Shown piece after piece: positions 38,431 to 50,230 of a DNA stretch of 64,000 bases. The position numbers and the translations under genes are program-made. The notes beneath the pieces were generated by a model. The model was not told the origin of the DNA, made no database searches, and was given only the letters and a program-made list of their open reading frames with translations. Location of the stretch: positions 72,808,412 through 72,872,411 of the forward strand of contig JASCQW010000061.1 in the NCBI GenBank assembly GCA_030264375.1. The letters are read 5' to 3'. The stretch comes from Carcharhinus longimanus (lineage: Eukaryota). Numbering within the stretch: position 1 is the stretch's first letter; the number at the start of each line of letters is the position of its first letter.

Positions 38431-38747
38431 GATGTCACCACCTAATCTTCTCTCATAGAATCCCTACAGTGCATTGAGCCTGCACCAAGATGTCACCACC
38501 TAATCTTCTATCATAGAATCCCTACAGCCCATTGAGCCCACACCAACAACAATCCCACTCAGGCCCTATCCCCATAAGCTCATGTATTTACCCCGCTGAC
38601 ACTAAGGGGCAATTTAGCTTGGCCAATCCAACTAACCTGCCCAATTTTGGACTTTAGGAGGAAATTGGATCACTGAGAGGAAACCCACGCTGACATGGGG
38701 AAAATGTGCAAAAACAACACAGATATTCACCCGAGGCTGGAATTGGA
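38431..38747 (-). mobile_element. HE1-type V-SINE with a 58-bp tandem duplication of its tail junction
   Basis: Unit GATGTCACCACCTAATCTTC...CACCAA starts at 38431 and again at 38489; a gap follows. Confidence 0.8.
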
Positions 38748-38859
38748 NNNNNNNNNNNNNNNNNNNNNNNNNNNNNNNNNNNNNNNNNNNNNNNNNNNNN
38801 NNNNNNNNNNNNNNNNNNNNNNNNNNNNNNNNNNNNNNNNNNNNNNNAAACAGACTATT

Positions 38860-39200
38860 CAAAACTTCCGCATCCCATTTGACGGTAAGTTGATCCTCCT
38901 ACCCCACATATTCTGCCAATCACCAAAGATGCTACTATGCCCCTGCAATGTCACCCATTTCTGCCCTGCTGCTGAGCTGCACATCTATGCCTTTTGTTAC
39001 GCCCAGACATGAATGTTCTAATACTTTCCTGAGCCCATTCTGACACAACCCCTCTGTTTACTGACCTAAATTGACACCCCGTCAAACAACGCCTCATTTT
39101 AAAATTCTCATCCTGCGTTAAAACCTCTTCATGGTTTTGTCCCAGCCAATCTTTCTCACCTCTTCCGGTTCAACAAGCCTCCAACAACTCAGCTTTTCTC
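38860..39200 (+). mobile_element. L2 LINE RT C-terminal remnant
   Basis: HIYAF-VTPRHECSN, a degenerate IHAFVTSRLDYSN; similar fragment at about 18520-18900. Confidence 0.55.
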
Positions 39201-39439
39201 TGTAATGGATTGAGAATTACATTGTGCACTTTGTCCATTTAAGGTCATCATAGACAGAGGGAGTCTGGAAACAGAATAAAAAGAATCCATTATTTAATGA
39301 CACATGCTCCTGAATGAATCTTACTGGACAACTTATTATTCCTTCTCAATTTTGATGAAGATGTTATAAATATGAAACATTACTTTCAGGAATGCAACTC
39401 AGGGAAGGTGTTCATCAAATTTCTGGAGACAGCATTTGA

Positions 39440-40125
39440 CTGTGTGTCTTCTCGGGACTTTATCAGAATCAGAGGGGAAGCTCACCACTGGTTGGAACCA
39501 TACCTTGCACAGAGCAAGAAGGTTGTGGTTGTTTGAGAGCAATCATCACAGTCCCAGGACATTGCTGCAGGAGTTCCTAAGGATAGTGTGATAGGGTCAA
39601 CCATCTTTAGCTGCCCAATCAAGGACCTTCCTTTATCATAAGTTCAGACCTGGGGGTGTTTGTTGATGATTGTACAATGATCAGTACAATTTGCAACTCC
39701 TCAGATACTGAAACAGCCTGTCTCCAAATCAGCAAGATCTGAATAATATTCAGGTTGGACTGATGATTGGCAAGTAACATTCACACCACACAAGTGCCAG
39801 ATAATGATCATTTCCAACAAGAGGGATTCTAACCATCTCCACTGTTGCTTCAAGAGCAGGTCAGAAATTGGGAATTCTGAGGTGAGTAACTCACCTCTTG
39901 TGTCGCAAAGTCTGTCCACCATTTACAAGGCACAAATCAAGACTGCGATGGAATACCCAATTGCCTGGATAAGTGCAGCTCTAATATGTTTTTGTATGTT
40001 TCAAAAAGCTTGATACCATCTAGAACAAAGCAATTTACTTGATTGGCACTCCATCCTTGTATTTAAACATTCATTTCCTCCACCACCGATGCACAGTGGC
40101 AGCAATGTATACCATATACAAGATT
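39440..40125 (+). mobile_element. CR1-group LINE RT remnant
   Basis: GVPKDSVIGS (GVPQGSVLGP), FVDD, WQVTFTPHKCQ and LSTIYKAQI. Confidence 0.75.
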
Positions 40126-40127
40126 AT

Positions 40128-40452
40128 TGCTGAAAAAAAGACATACTGTTGAAGCTTTTCATCTTGTACTCAACAGGACAGACACAAGAATGCCGAGTTT
40201 CAAATTCAGCAACAATTTATACTACATAAGAAAAGGGGGCTGATTGGCCCATATTTTTGTTTTATTCAAAAAGGTGCAATGCCTGGACATGTTCCTTTTC
40301 CTGCAGAAAACAGATATCTGCATATGAATATATATGGCTTCTAGCAAGCCTAAGTGGCCAAATTGTGAACCTGACTGATGATCCTAAATTGGTGTTAATT
40401 TAGCACACATAGGATTAGTCAGCAAGCGCTGTCCTATTGTGGAATCCCATTT
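40128..40452 (-). mobile_element. Penelope-like element 3' end: GIY-YIG C-terminus and hammerhead-bearing terminal repeat
   Basis: Minus strand DSTIGQRLLTNPMCA...LLEAIYIH...CRK.EHVQALHLF*, followed by CTGTC-CTGTTGA-GTACAAGAT-GAAA-AGCTTC-AACAG (40146-40181). Confidence 0.7.
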
Positions 40453-40574
40453 AATAAAATAACAAACAAAGCAACTTTTATTTCTAAATCTTTCCATGTT
40501 GAGTTCTACTCTTAGCCTTATCTTCATTAAGGAGAGAACTACTTTTCAAGGGTGATCAACNNNNNNNNNNNNNN

Positions 40575-40904
40575 TAGAACCCTTGCAATTGACTACTCTT
40601 ATCCAGGGATAATACAGGGAAATCCCAAAAAGAAATTGTGGTATTTTAGTCCCTTTAAGGGGGCACTCCCTGAGGGTCATGTGATTGGGCTAGACCCTTT
40701 GCAGTGTTGTTACAGGAAGCTGAACAAATCGGGTGTCAGGAAGCGTATCCTGGGTTAGGGAGAGTCTGCACTCAGGGCCAGGGAGGAGTGTTGTATGGTC
40801 ACATAGTTAATTCTGTCTGACCCTTTATTATAAATACCTATTTATGGTTGGCAATAAAACCTTTGTAACTTTGAGCCACATCAAGTTGCCCTTGATTTCT
40901 TACA
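40575..40904 (+). mobile_element. LTR-like fragment
   Basis: Ends ...TTCTTACA with AATAAA about 45 bp upstream. The 5' end is next to a gap and no TSD was found. Confidence 0.35.
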
Positions 40905-42817
40905 GAAATGTCAGAAAATATTAAAACGTACAATCATAATGCACAATGTCTTTAAACTTACAGATGCAGCTCTATTATTTTTATTAGGCTGAAGGTCAAA
41001 CCAGCCTGTTCAGTATCAGTAATGTCCTCATATCGCAGGGGATGCTTCTGTTCGCCAAACAGTACATAGGTTATGGTAAACACATAGAGCATGAACAACC
41101 AAAACTTACTGCGTGACACATGGGTTGAACTTTTCATTTTCTCCATGATCCTATGGGGAGAGCTTGCTCTGGTGAATAATGATGCATCTTAGCCCAAATG
41201 AAACAGTCTCTTTTTGCTCAAAGGACCAATACTTGGCGAGCTCTAGTCTAAAATCTTAAAAAAGTGTGTGGTGGATTGGATTTTGTCTGCAGGCCTTGTG
41301 CTATCCCACAAAAATCCAAGGTTTAAACTTTACCAAATTTTACCTTTGCAACATTGAAGCCATTTTTTAAAAATGTATATTTATCCTGCACCGTTTAGCT
41401 TTGCATTACTAAGAATGGTCAGAAATATTACTCAGCATGTTTTGAGCCTTCCTACCTCTGTTGTGACTAGAAGAAACTAGCTTTCAGGAATCGCATGAAA
41501 TAAAAATATTTGGTGTGAATGACAAGCATTTAGAATTGTATCAATGTACCCATGTTTGGCTGATTCACTTTGTAATAACACTGAGAGGCAGGCAACTCTG
41601 TCACCTTCTTGTTGACTCATTGCTTGTAGTTGTTTGTCCAAATGTTGATATTATTTAACACCTTTCCAGGATGGTGCTGCTGATTAAATGTGTCCTCGGA
41701 GCCTCCCTCCCCAGAATCTCAAACCTAGCCCTCACCTCGTTCTCTGGGGTTTGCCAATATCCTGGACGTATCATCAGTTTGGCTTCGTTTAGCTGCTCTT
41801 TGGGGACTGACCGTAGTCCCAGCAGTGGCTGCTGCTTGAATACGGTACTGCTGGGACTGCTGGTTAATCAGATTGCGGAACTTTCTCCCCCCAAGAGGCA
41901 GAGGTTTTCCTCTCAGTCAGTGAATGCTCCAACAAATGATAAATAGCAGCAGGGCAGCTGGTATTAGCGGGGATGCATTCCCTGTTTCCTCTTGGAGTGG
42001 CAGAGTGGGAAAACACACTGTCTAGAAAGATCAGCCCTCTTGAGTCCATGGTGGGCGGGGCAGTAGCATTCCGGTGTACGTCTCCTTTTTCAGCAGTAGT
42101 CAACTGTGGATTGTTTTACAAAAATAAATGTTTGTTAAAGGAAGTCATATGGGGTCCGAGAGGAGGCAATGTGGTGTTTTGTGCAGAATATGGAGATTTT
42201 TGATTTAATTTGTTTTGAAATTTTGTTTGTACTTATGTTTTAAGGAAATCTAATAATTATATTTAATTATGTGCAGATGGTGAGTATTAATTTGTGACAC
42301 TATACAAAGGAGCAGACTGATACAGGTTGTTGGGTGAGGGGATCATGTTTGTATTGTGTATCTCTGTAAATAACTGCTTCAGCACCACTGTCCACATAGC
42401 GTGGCATGCATCTTGCCTATCTCAGTGCACATTTCCTGCATGCATTACCCTGAGCTGCACCTTATGGCTCGGCAAAGATTGGTCACTCTCTCCAGTGGGT
42501 AGCTCATGTGCTCCAAGTGCTGAACCTTTGTAGCAAACATGAGTTGGATGGATATCTGCATTCTCTGCCCATGACCCCACATTGCCTCAGGGAACTCCAG
42601 CATGTGGGAGTAAGTCTGTGCCTATTGATATATAGTTTCCTTTTCTGTGACTCCTGAGGCTCTGCATCTGTGTCCAGATGAGCAGGACTGTGTCTATTTC
42701 TCATCCTCTGATGGAAAATGCTCACATCTGCATCATCCTCTGGCATTTCCTTTTGCACACTACTACTCATCTCGCAGGGCCTCCACATTTACCTGGGTTG
42801 CGAGGACCTGTTGAAGT

Positions 42818-43137
42818 AGAATCATAGAATCCCTACAGTACAGAAGGAGACCATTCAGCCCATTGAGTCTGTACTGGCCACAATCCCACCCAGGCCTTAT
42901 TCCTGTCACTTTTACCCGGCTAATTCTCTCTGATATTAGGGTGAATTTAGCATAGTCAAATAACCTAACCTATGCATCTTTGGATTGTGGGAGGAAACCA
43001 GAGCACCCGAAGGAAACCCACGCAGACATGGGGAGAACGTGCAAACTCCACATAGACAGTGACCTAAGGCCAAAATTGAACCCGGGTCCCTGGTGCTGTG
43101 CAGTAGCAGCGCTAACCACTGTGCCACTGTGTCGCCC
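42818..43137 (-). mobile_element. HE1-type V-SINE, full length
   Basis: Same head, V-domain and tail as the other copies. Confidence 0.9.
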
Positions 43138-43865
43138 ATGGTGAGTGTGTCCAAGTTGGAGGATGATGCACTTGTAAGGATTGACACATCTGAGCTCTGT
43201 TGTTGCTGTGCTTGGCAGCTGATAGAGGGCAAAATGTTTTAACTGGCACAACATCTGGAACTGTGAGAGACACAAGAAGGGATCATTAGAATTAGCCTTT
43301 GGGAGCAGACACATAACTGGGATTTTATCATCTCACCCAGCATAGGAATCGGAGCAGGCGAGGGGTGGACAATGGGAAAGTCCGTTTACCTCAGGCGGGA
43401 TTTTACACTTTTGGGACAAGCGAAGATATAAAACCCCGTCCAATAGCTTTCCCAATCTAACCTGTTGTCAAATCCCCGTAATGAATGCATTGCGCTCTCT
43501 ACTCCATGATTGTGACTATATAAAAATAGAGAAATATTCACACATCAAATTGTAAAACATCCAGTGATGCTATTTTGAAGGAGAAAAGTGCATTGTCTAT
43601 ACTTAGTGCCCTGGTTAACATTATCCCTGTAGGAACATCCCTTAGAAAAACAGCTTTGCCAAAGAGTCATCTGGACTTGAAACATCAGCTCTTTTCTCTC
43701 CTTACAGATGTTACCAAATCTGCTGAGTTTTCCAGCATTTTCTCTTTTGGCCTGAGAAAGACGAACCATCTGGTCATTATCTCATTGCTGTTTGTGGAAA
43801 GCTTGCTCTGTGTGAATTGGCTGCTGTATTTTCTACATTATCCCTCCATATTCCCTCTCCCAGAC

Positions 43866-44147
43866 ATTACAGAATCCTGACGTTGCAGACAGACAACAAT
43901 CCCACCCAGGCCTTATCCCTGTGACCTCATGTATTTACCCTGCTAATCTTCCCCTGAGACTAAGGGACAATTTAGCATGGCCAATCAACCTGACCTGCAC
44001 ATCTTTGGAGTGTGGGGAGAAACCGGCGCACCCAGAAGAAATCCACACAGGCACAAGGAAAATGTGCAAACTCCACACAGACAATAACTTAAGTTGGAAT
44101 TGAACCCGGGTCCCTGTGAGGGAGTAGTGTGAACCATTGTGCCACCA
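43866..44147 (-). mobile_element. HE1-type V-SINE
   Basis: V-domain and B box; degraded head. Confidence 0.8.
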
Positions 44148-46194
44148 GGATTATGAGTCTATTTCTCCTGTAAAGACAAAAGAGAGCATGATCAGGTTTT
44201 GTGCCCTGACCTGGCCTTTGGCTCACTTGACACATTCTAAGTTTCTCTGAATGTATGATACTGCATGCAGATGGTGCAGCAGGGAAGCGATGGCCAAAGT
44301 CATGGTTCCCTTTGTTTGTTCAATTTAGGCCAACACTTGGGAGTCATCTCTTTTCCATTTCTCTTCCTACAAAAATTGGTTAATTAAGGGGATATTCTTA
44401 GGAAACCGAACCCCTTTCTGGGGCAGATCTGGTACCCAGAAATGGTTCCAATTTCCTTTTCTCACCCCTGGAGGCAAAATCACACCTCTGTACTCCATGG
44501 GTGGAATTTTCTCATCCCGCCCACCATGGGAATCATAACAGGCGGGATACGGACCATGCAAAGGTCCATTGATCTCGGGTGGGATTATCCAGTCTTAGGG
44601 CGCCCGTGGCCAGGAAATCCTGCCCATGCCTCTGAAGCATTTCAATTCTTCATCACTCATTCTAAATATTTGTTAATGGAGGAAATACTTAAAAATGGAG
44701 GGCAAAAGGAAGCATTTTTCTGGAAAAAGAATGTGACTTTTTTTGCATAATTCTGTTGTTAAAAACTAGCCCGTGAAATTAGAATCTCACTTCCTGGCTA
44801 GAACATTGCTCTGAGCCATTGCAATTCACAGTAAAAATGATGGTGTGCATGAAGGGTAAGCAATGGTATTTGCTGCAATGTAAGCTGCTGGAGTTTATCA
44901 CTGATGTGGAACTGCACACAGATGCCCATGTCCCATTTGCCCATCTGTGGAAGTAAACTCCACCCTGTGAGCACAAGCTCGTCAAATACCTGTAGATATT
45001 TGGTAAAAGAATGCTTCCATTTTCATAATGTTTTCCAAACACAAATGTCAAAGGAAAGAGATACCCTTTGAGACATCCATTCAACATTCAGGGACAGAAA
45101 GAAATGATTAACTTCACAGATATGCCACTTTGCAATTTTAGCATGATTGTTCCGTGAAATAATGTGTTCGCAATTTTTTGGCTGTCTTTGATGTCTTTTA
45201 TTCCATTTATCTGTGTATTTCTGGCTTAATGTTGAAACTTAAATTTACGCCAGACTTCAAAAAGTGTAGTTATTACAAAATATAGGAAAGCTGAAAGCAG
45301 TTGCTGAATTATTTGATTCTGAGAATAAACTGGACATCAAAGAGGAATGGATTTATTGAAACCATGCAGGGTGTTTGATGGAGTGTTAAGATGCTGTGTG
45401 CAGTTCCTGGTGTAATACCGTAATTGTGCTCTCAACTGGAAGAAGCAGAAGGCTACTTTTCAACTCAAAGGTAAAGCTGGCACAGCCCAAGCTGGAGGGG
45501 TCTTGATCGAGGCTGCCCTCGACAGTGATACACAAAGGAAATGGAGGATGAGGAAGCTGGAAGCTACTCCTAAACCAGCGCACACAAAATATTAGCAGAA
45601 ACAGACCTGAATTTCCTGTGTTTCATCAAATATATTTCCAGTGCTCAAGCTTGAATGTGACCCTCTGGCTGGAGTTCATGGTCTAGCTAACTAGGATCAG
45701 TGGGGGTGCAGGCCACAAGGGATTGAGGGCAGGAAGGGGGACGTAAGGGTATGGGTGCTGGCTAGTGAAGGGAGGAGGCTTGGAAGAAAGGGCAAGTGAT
45801 TCTCAGCTGGCTCCCTCACCTTACTATTGCTAAGTTCCTTAGAATCATTGGATCGTACAGTGCAGAAGAGACTCTTCAGGCAATTAAGTCTGCGCTAATA
45901 TGTGAAAAGCACCAAACCTCGTATCTAATCCCATTTATTTGGTCCATAGCCTTGAATGTTATGATGTGCCAAATGCTCATCTGCTAATGCCTCTGCTGAT
46001 TTGCTCCCCTTGGCTAAAAGCCTTTCTTTTCCTTCTCATTGTACCCTGAGTATCTCTGGTCATCCATGGTTCTCTGGCCTTGTTACTCCTTCTTATTACC
46101 TTTGAGGGAACATGCTGGGCTTGTACAGAATGTTCAGCGGGCTTCTTTTCCCTCCTCCTTACCTATTGCAGCTGCAGAATACACCTCCCCCTAA

Positions 46195-46345
46195 TTGGGC
46201 TGCCCTGGTCTGATCCCATCCCTCATAGGCCCTGTCACTTTAAGCATGCCCATAGAGCAAGCACTTTCAGGCCCCATCCCCATAGGCCCCGTCACTTCAG
46301 GCCATCCCATAGGACCTGCCCCCCTATAGGCTCTGGACACTGACC
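46195..46345. repeat. Imperfect minisatellite of CCCATAGGCCC-GTCACTT units
   Basis: About five degenerate CC(C/T)ATAG(G/A) cores at roughly 18-30 bp spacing. Confidence 0.55.
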
Positions 46346-46599
46346 AATAAGCCCTGAAACCTTCTGGCCCCACCCCAGCACTGCCTGGTGGAATTGCCAA
46401 GGTGCAGGCCAGCAATACCCAAGGGTCATTCCCCTTTGACCTCAACCTTCTTGGGAGACCTCAATTGCCTCTGTTTCTACCGGCGAGGGCAACACGTCTG
46501 TTCCCTGTTCATGGGAGCAGGTGTTTTCCTTGCTGGAGAGAACTTCTTCTGGTGAGGCCACAAAGGCAAGTGAGCCCAGATGATTGAGCGCCGGGTTGC

Positions 46600-47460
46600 T
46601 AGTCACATGGAAATCATATTCCTCCCAGTGTGTGCTCTGTAGTAACATGTACAGTGAAAACATTACAAACAATTTGCAACAGAAGTGGTTGATTATGTGA
46701 TGATTTACGATCATTACTTGGTGGCTTTCAACTGCTTATTGATTGTTCCTCGATAGTTGTCCTGCCTGTGTAACTATATTTGAAGAACACTATTATTTAG
46801 TTTATGAAGCACGGTTTTTATGGAATATACTTGAGCCCATTAGTAATTTAGTTTGCTTGAGTGAGCTTAGCATGTATGGCAAACATATTTGCGCCATTTT
46901 TCCATGGATTTTGTGAATCTTTCACTGAAGTTACGGCAGGATTGGGGAACTTAAAGGATCACGAGCAACTTGTTTAATAACATGGAGATCAAGGCCCAGA
47001 AAGTCTGAATAATGCTGCAAAACTGAGCTGGCTTTATTTGTCTTCGTGCGCCTACCGTACATATTGTTAGACTGTAATTCACAAATATTGACTGTGCTGT
47101 TAAATTGCTTAAGACAGGAGAAGATATGGATGAAGACACCATTGACAACATTAACAATTAACGTTGACAGTGTATGATTTTGCGAGGAAGGATTATCACA
47201 ATTTTATTAATCACAACAGTGATGACACCATGCTATCAGTGCTGTCAATTCCCTGGATATGGAACTTTCTTTCCAGGTAGTAGTGCTTTGGGCTCGTGTG
47301 TGCCTCTCATGTCGATCTGGCACAATGCCTCAACTGTCAGACTCGAAGATTATCATCATAGGTGAAAAATGACAGATACAATTATCATTGTTTCTTAATG
47401 TCACACTGTCTTAGTATGTCAGAGCACTGATAAATTGTGACAACCTGATTAACAGTTTTT
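46600..47460. promoter_or_regulatory. Candidate conserved enhancer (Pbx-Hox and Meis cluster)
   Basis: TGATTTACGA at 46701-46710; TGACAG/CTGTCA at 47165, 47242, 47334 and 47370; no recognisable repeat; many retained CpGs. Confidence 0.5.
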
Positions 47461-48185
47461 TATACAGTAAAAGTTGAAGGGAGGGCTGCATTTTCTACTG
47501 CATAGATCACTGTGAGCTTTCTGAACAATGTTCTGGCACAGGTAACATATTTTACCCGATGGTCTTGATTTCTCCAGCATGTTTCACATCCATCCATGGG
47601 CCAACAGATTTATTAAAGTGCATTGTAGCAAGTAAAATATTACAATGGCAGGTTCATTTCGTTAATGCCCATTTAATTAATTTTAACGTAATCTTGAATG
47701 CTTTAGGACAAAGTGTACCCATTCTTTCAACTATTATGAAAACAAAACATTGAAAATGGCATTGTAAGAAAGAAAAGTTGAGCCATAAAACTTTGAGACT
47801 TATTACAGATCCATTATTTTACACACTGATATCAATTTCACATACAAATTTCGATGTAATTTAGAGACATTAATCGTATTTTTGATTTTACTTCATTTGC
47901 AATTTCCAGCAGAAGAAGCAATTCAAAAAATGTGTTAGAAATTGGCATATTTTGTGCTTTGTTTTTACTTAAAATAGGCACAAAATGTACTAATTTAGTA
48001 GTTAGAGATATTGCGCAGATATTGGTTCCACAGCTAATTTTGTGGGGACCATTGTTGGTCAATGCCTCTATCACTGCGTCAGAACTCCAATTTTCCATCC
48101 TCCCATTTTGTGATAGGGTGTGCATATATCCTTAAGGAGGCATTTCTTGAACTGTTGTCAATCACTATTACCACTGTTATAAGAA

Positions 48186-48692
48186 ATGACTCTCACCAAT
48201 TTTCACAGATGCTTCATGGAAAGCATCCGTTCCAAACATGTCACAGCTTGGTATGGCTCCAGTTCTGATCAAGATCACAAAAAAAAACAAAAGGTTGTGA
48301 ATGTAGCCCGGTCCATCACGCAAACCAACCTCCCATCTATTGACTCTGTCTACACTCCCCACTGCCTTGGAAAAACAGCCAGCATAATCAGGAACCTCAC
48401 ACACCCTGGACATACTCTGTTCCCCTTCTTCCATTGGGAAATGATACAAAAGTCTGAGATCACATACTGACTCAAGAACAGCTTTTTCTCTGCTGCAATC
48501 AGATTTTTGAATGGACTTACCATTTATTAAGTTGATTTTTCCCTACACACTAACTATGACTGTAGCACTACATTCTGCACCCTCTCCTTCCCTTCTCCCT
48601 TATGTACTCGGTATGTTCTGTCTGTATAGCATGTAAGAAACAATACTTTTCACTGTATCCCAATACTTGTTACAATAATAAACCAAATCAAA
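48186..48692 (+). mobile_element. Rex1/Babar LINE 3' end
   Basis: LTNFHRCFMESI...VTAWYG..SDQDHKK.QKVV and tail ACAATAATAAACCAAATCAAA. Confidence 0.8.
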
Positions 48693-49839
48693 AATATTAG
48701 TACCATTTCTTGCAATCTTGCAGCAGAGCTGGGAGTAAGATGTGTGCACAATAGTCGCCCAGTTAATTCTATCTGCATAGATTATTTTCAAAGAAAGAAT
48801 CCACATTATTGTTTTATCAATCTTATGTACAATTGGCACATTGAAAAGGGGATATTCAGAGAATTGACAACTCGCCGGTTACCTGTTTTTGAGGTTTTCC
48901 ATAGTTTGCATTGGGTCAAAGGCTGATCAAAGCTCTGGATTTGCTGATAGATGAGTTTAGGTGGGAAGTGTCTCGTGCGATGTAAATGGAATTACAACCC
49001 AGAGCAATGGAATCCAATTTAAGCTTTCCAATTATAGCTTGCTAAGATCACTTGAGGGATGACTTTTCATTACATGTGCTTTCTATAATCATCTCATCTT
49101 TTTGAATAGAGTATAGGAGGCCCAACATAAAAAAATTGTGGCAATGGGACAGGCCAAATTATATATTTCTACAATATAATATGCTAATTCCAGAAATAAA
49201 AGCCTCTTTGGCAAGTACAAAAACCTTTGTTCTCAATTTATAAACACAAAAATCAAGAAATTAAGGGTTAAATACCACAATCTTAAATTTGTTCTGCAGA
49301 AAAATAGCTTGCAGTATATAAAAAGACCCAGTCTGATAAATCAAATCAGTTTTATGTGGCCCTGCATCTCATTACAACTCTAAATATTAGTCATTCCAAA
49401 TATAGACCAGTCAGAAAATGTTGTGTCATGGAAATGGTTAAAGCCAGACCCAGAGGTGGAAAATTACTTTCTCTCCTTGCATGTCTCACATCAAGTGGCT
49501 CAATAAGGGGCTCAAAATAAAGGGCTAAAACAAATCTAATCCTTTGTTGCTCATGTCCACTAATTACTAATTGAGCACAAAAATTAAGTTACATATTGGC
49601 CTAGATCCTCAGCTCAGCAGCAGTGCTGGGTGCATTGCCTCTGTCCCTGTCATTGTCTCTGGTGTTGATCCTGGCTGAAACAGAAATGGACAGCACAGAC
49701 ACTCCGGGGTGAGTCCAGTGAGAGTGGGAGAGCTGCCTGAAGGAGAGGACACATTCCCCTTTTACTACAGTAACTGACATACTCAATTAACTTTTTAAAG
49801 GCCCCATGTGTTTCGATGACCAAGTGTGGATTAATGATT

Positions 49840-50230
49840 AGGTGAGTGAATGGGTAGGTGGGGGATGTAGGCGAAGGGTTAGGTTGGTGAGATGGATAAA
49901 TTGTTGAGTGGGTGATGGGAGGTGGACAGGTGGGTGAGTGATAGAGGTGAGTGAGATGGGTGAGATGGACAGGTGGGTGAGATGGTGAAGGGAGTGAGCG
50001 GGTGAGATGGGAGGTGGATGATTGGGTGAGAAGGTAGGTGGATAAGTAAGTGAGATGAGTGGGTGAGAGGGGCAAGTGGGTGAATGAATGAGGTGCTTGA
50101 GTGAGGTGGGTAGATGGGTGAGTGAGATGGGTAGGTGGATGAGTGAGGTGGGTGAGTGAGAGGGTAGGTAGGTGAATGAGGTGGGTGAGTGAGGGGGTAG
50201 GTGGGTGAGTGAGTGAAGAGGATGGATGGA
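49840..50230. repeat. G-rich low-complexity repeat of (GGGTGAGT/GAGATGG)-like units
   Basis: Almost C-free + strand; gives spurious His/Pro/Thr/Ser ORFs on the minus strand. Confidence 0.85.

Noticed and set aside
41813-41860. 15-bp hairpin GTAGTCCCAGCAGT...ACTGCTGGGACTGC as a pre-miRNA
   Set aside because: The stem is too short and the same motif recurs at about 25676-25720, so it is a MITE-internal palindrome.
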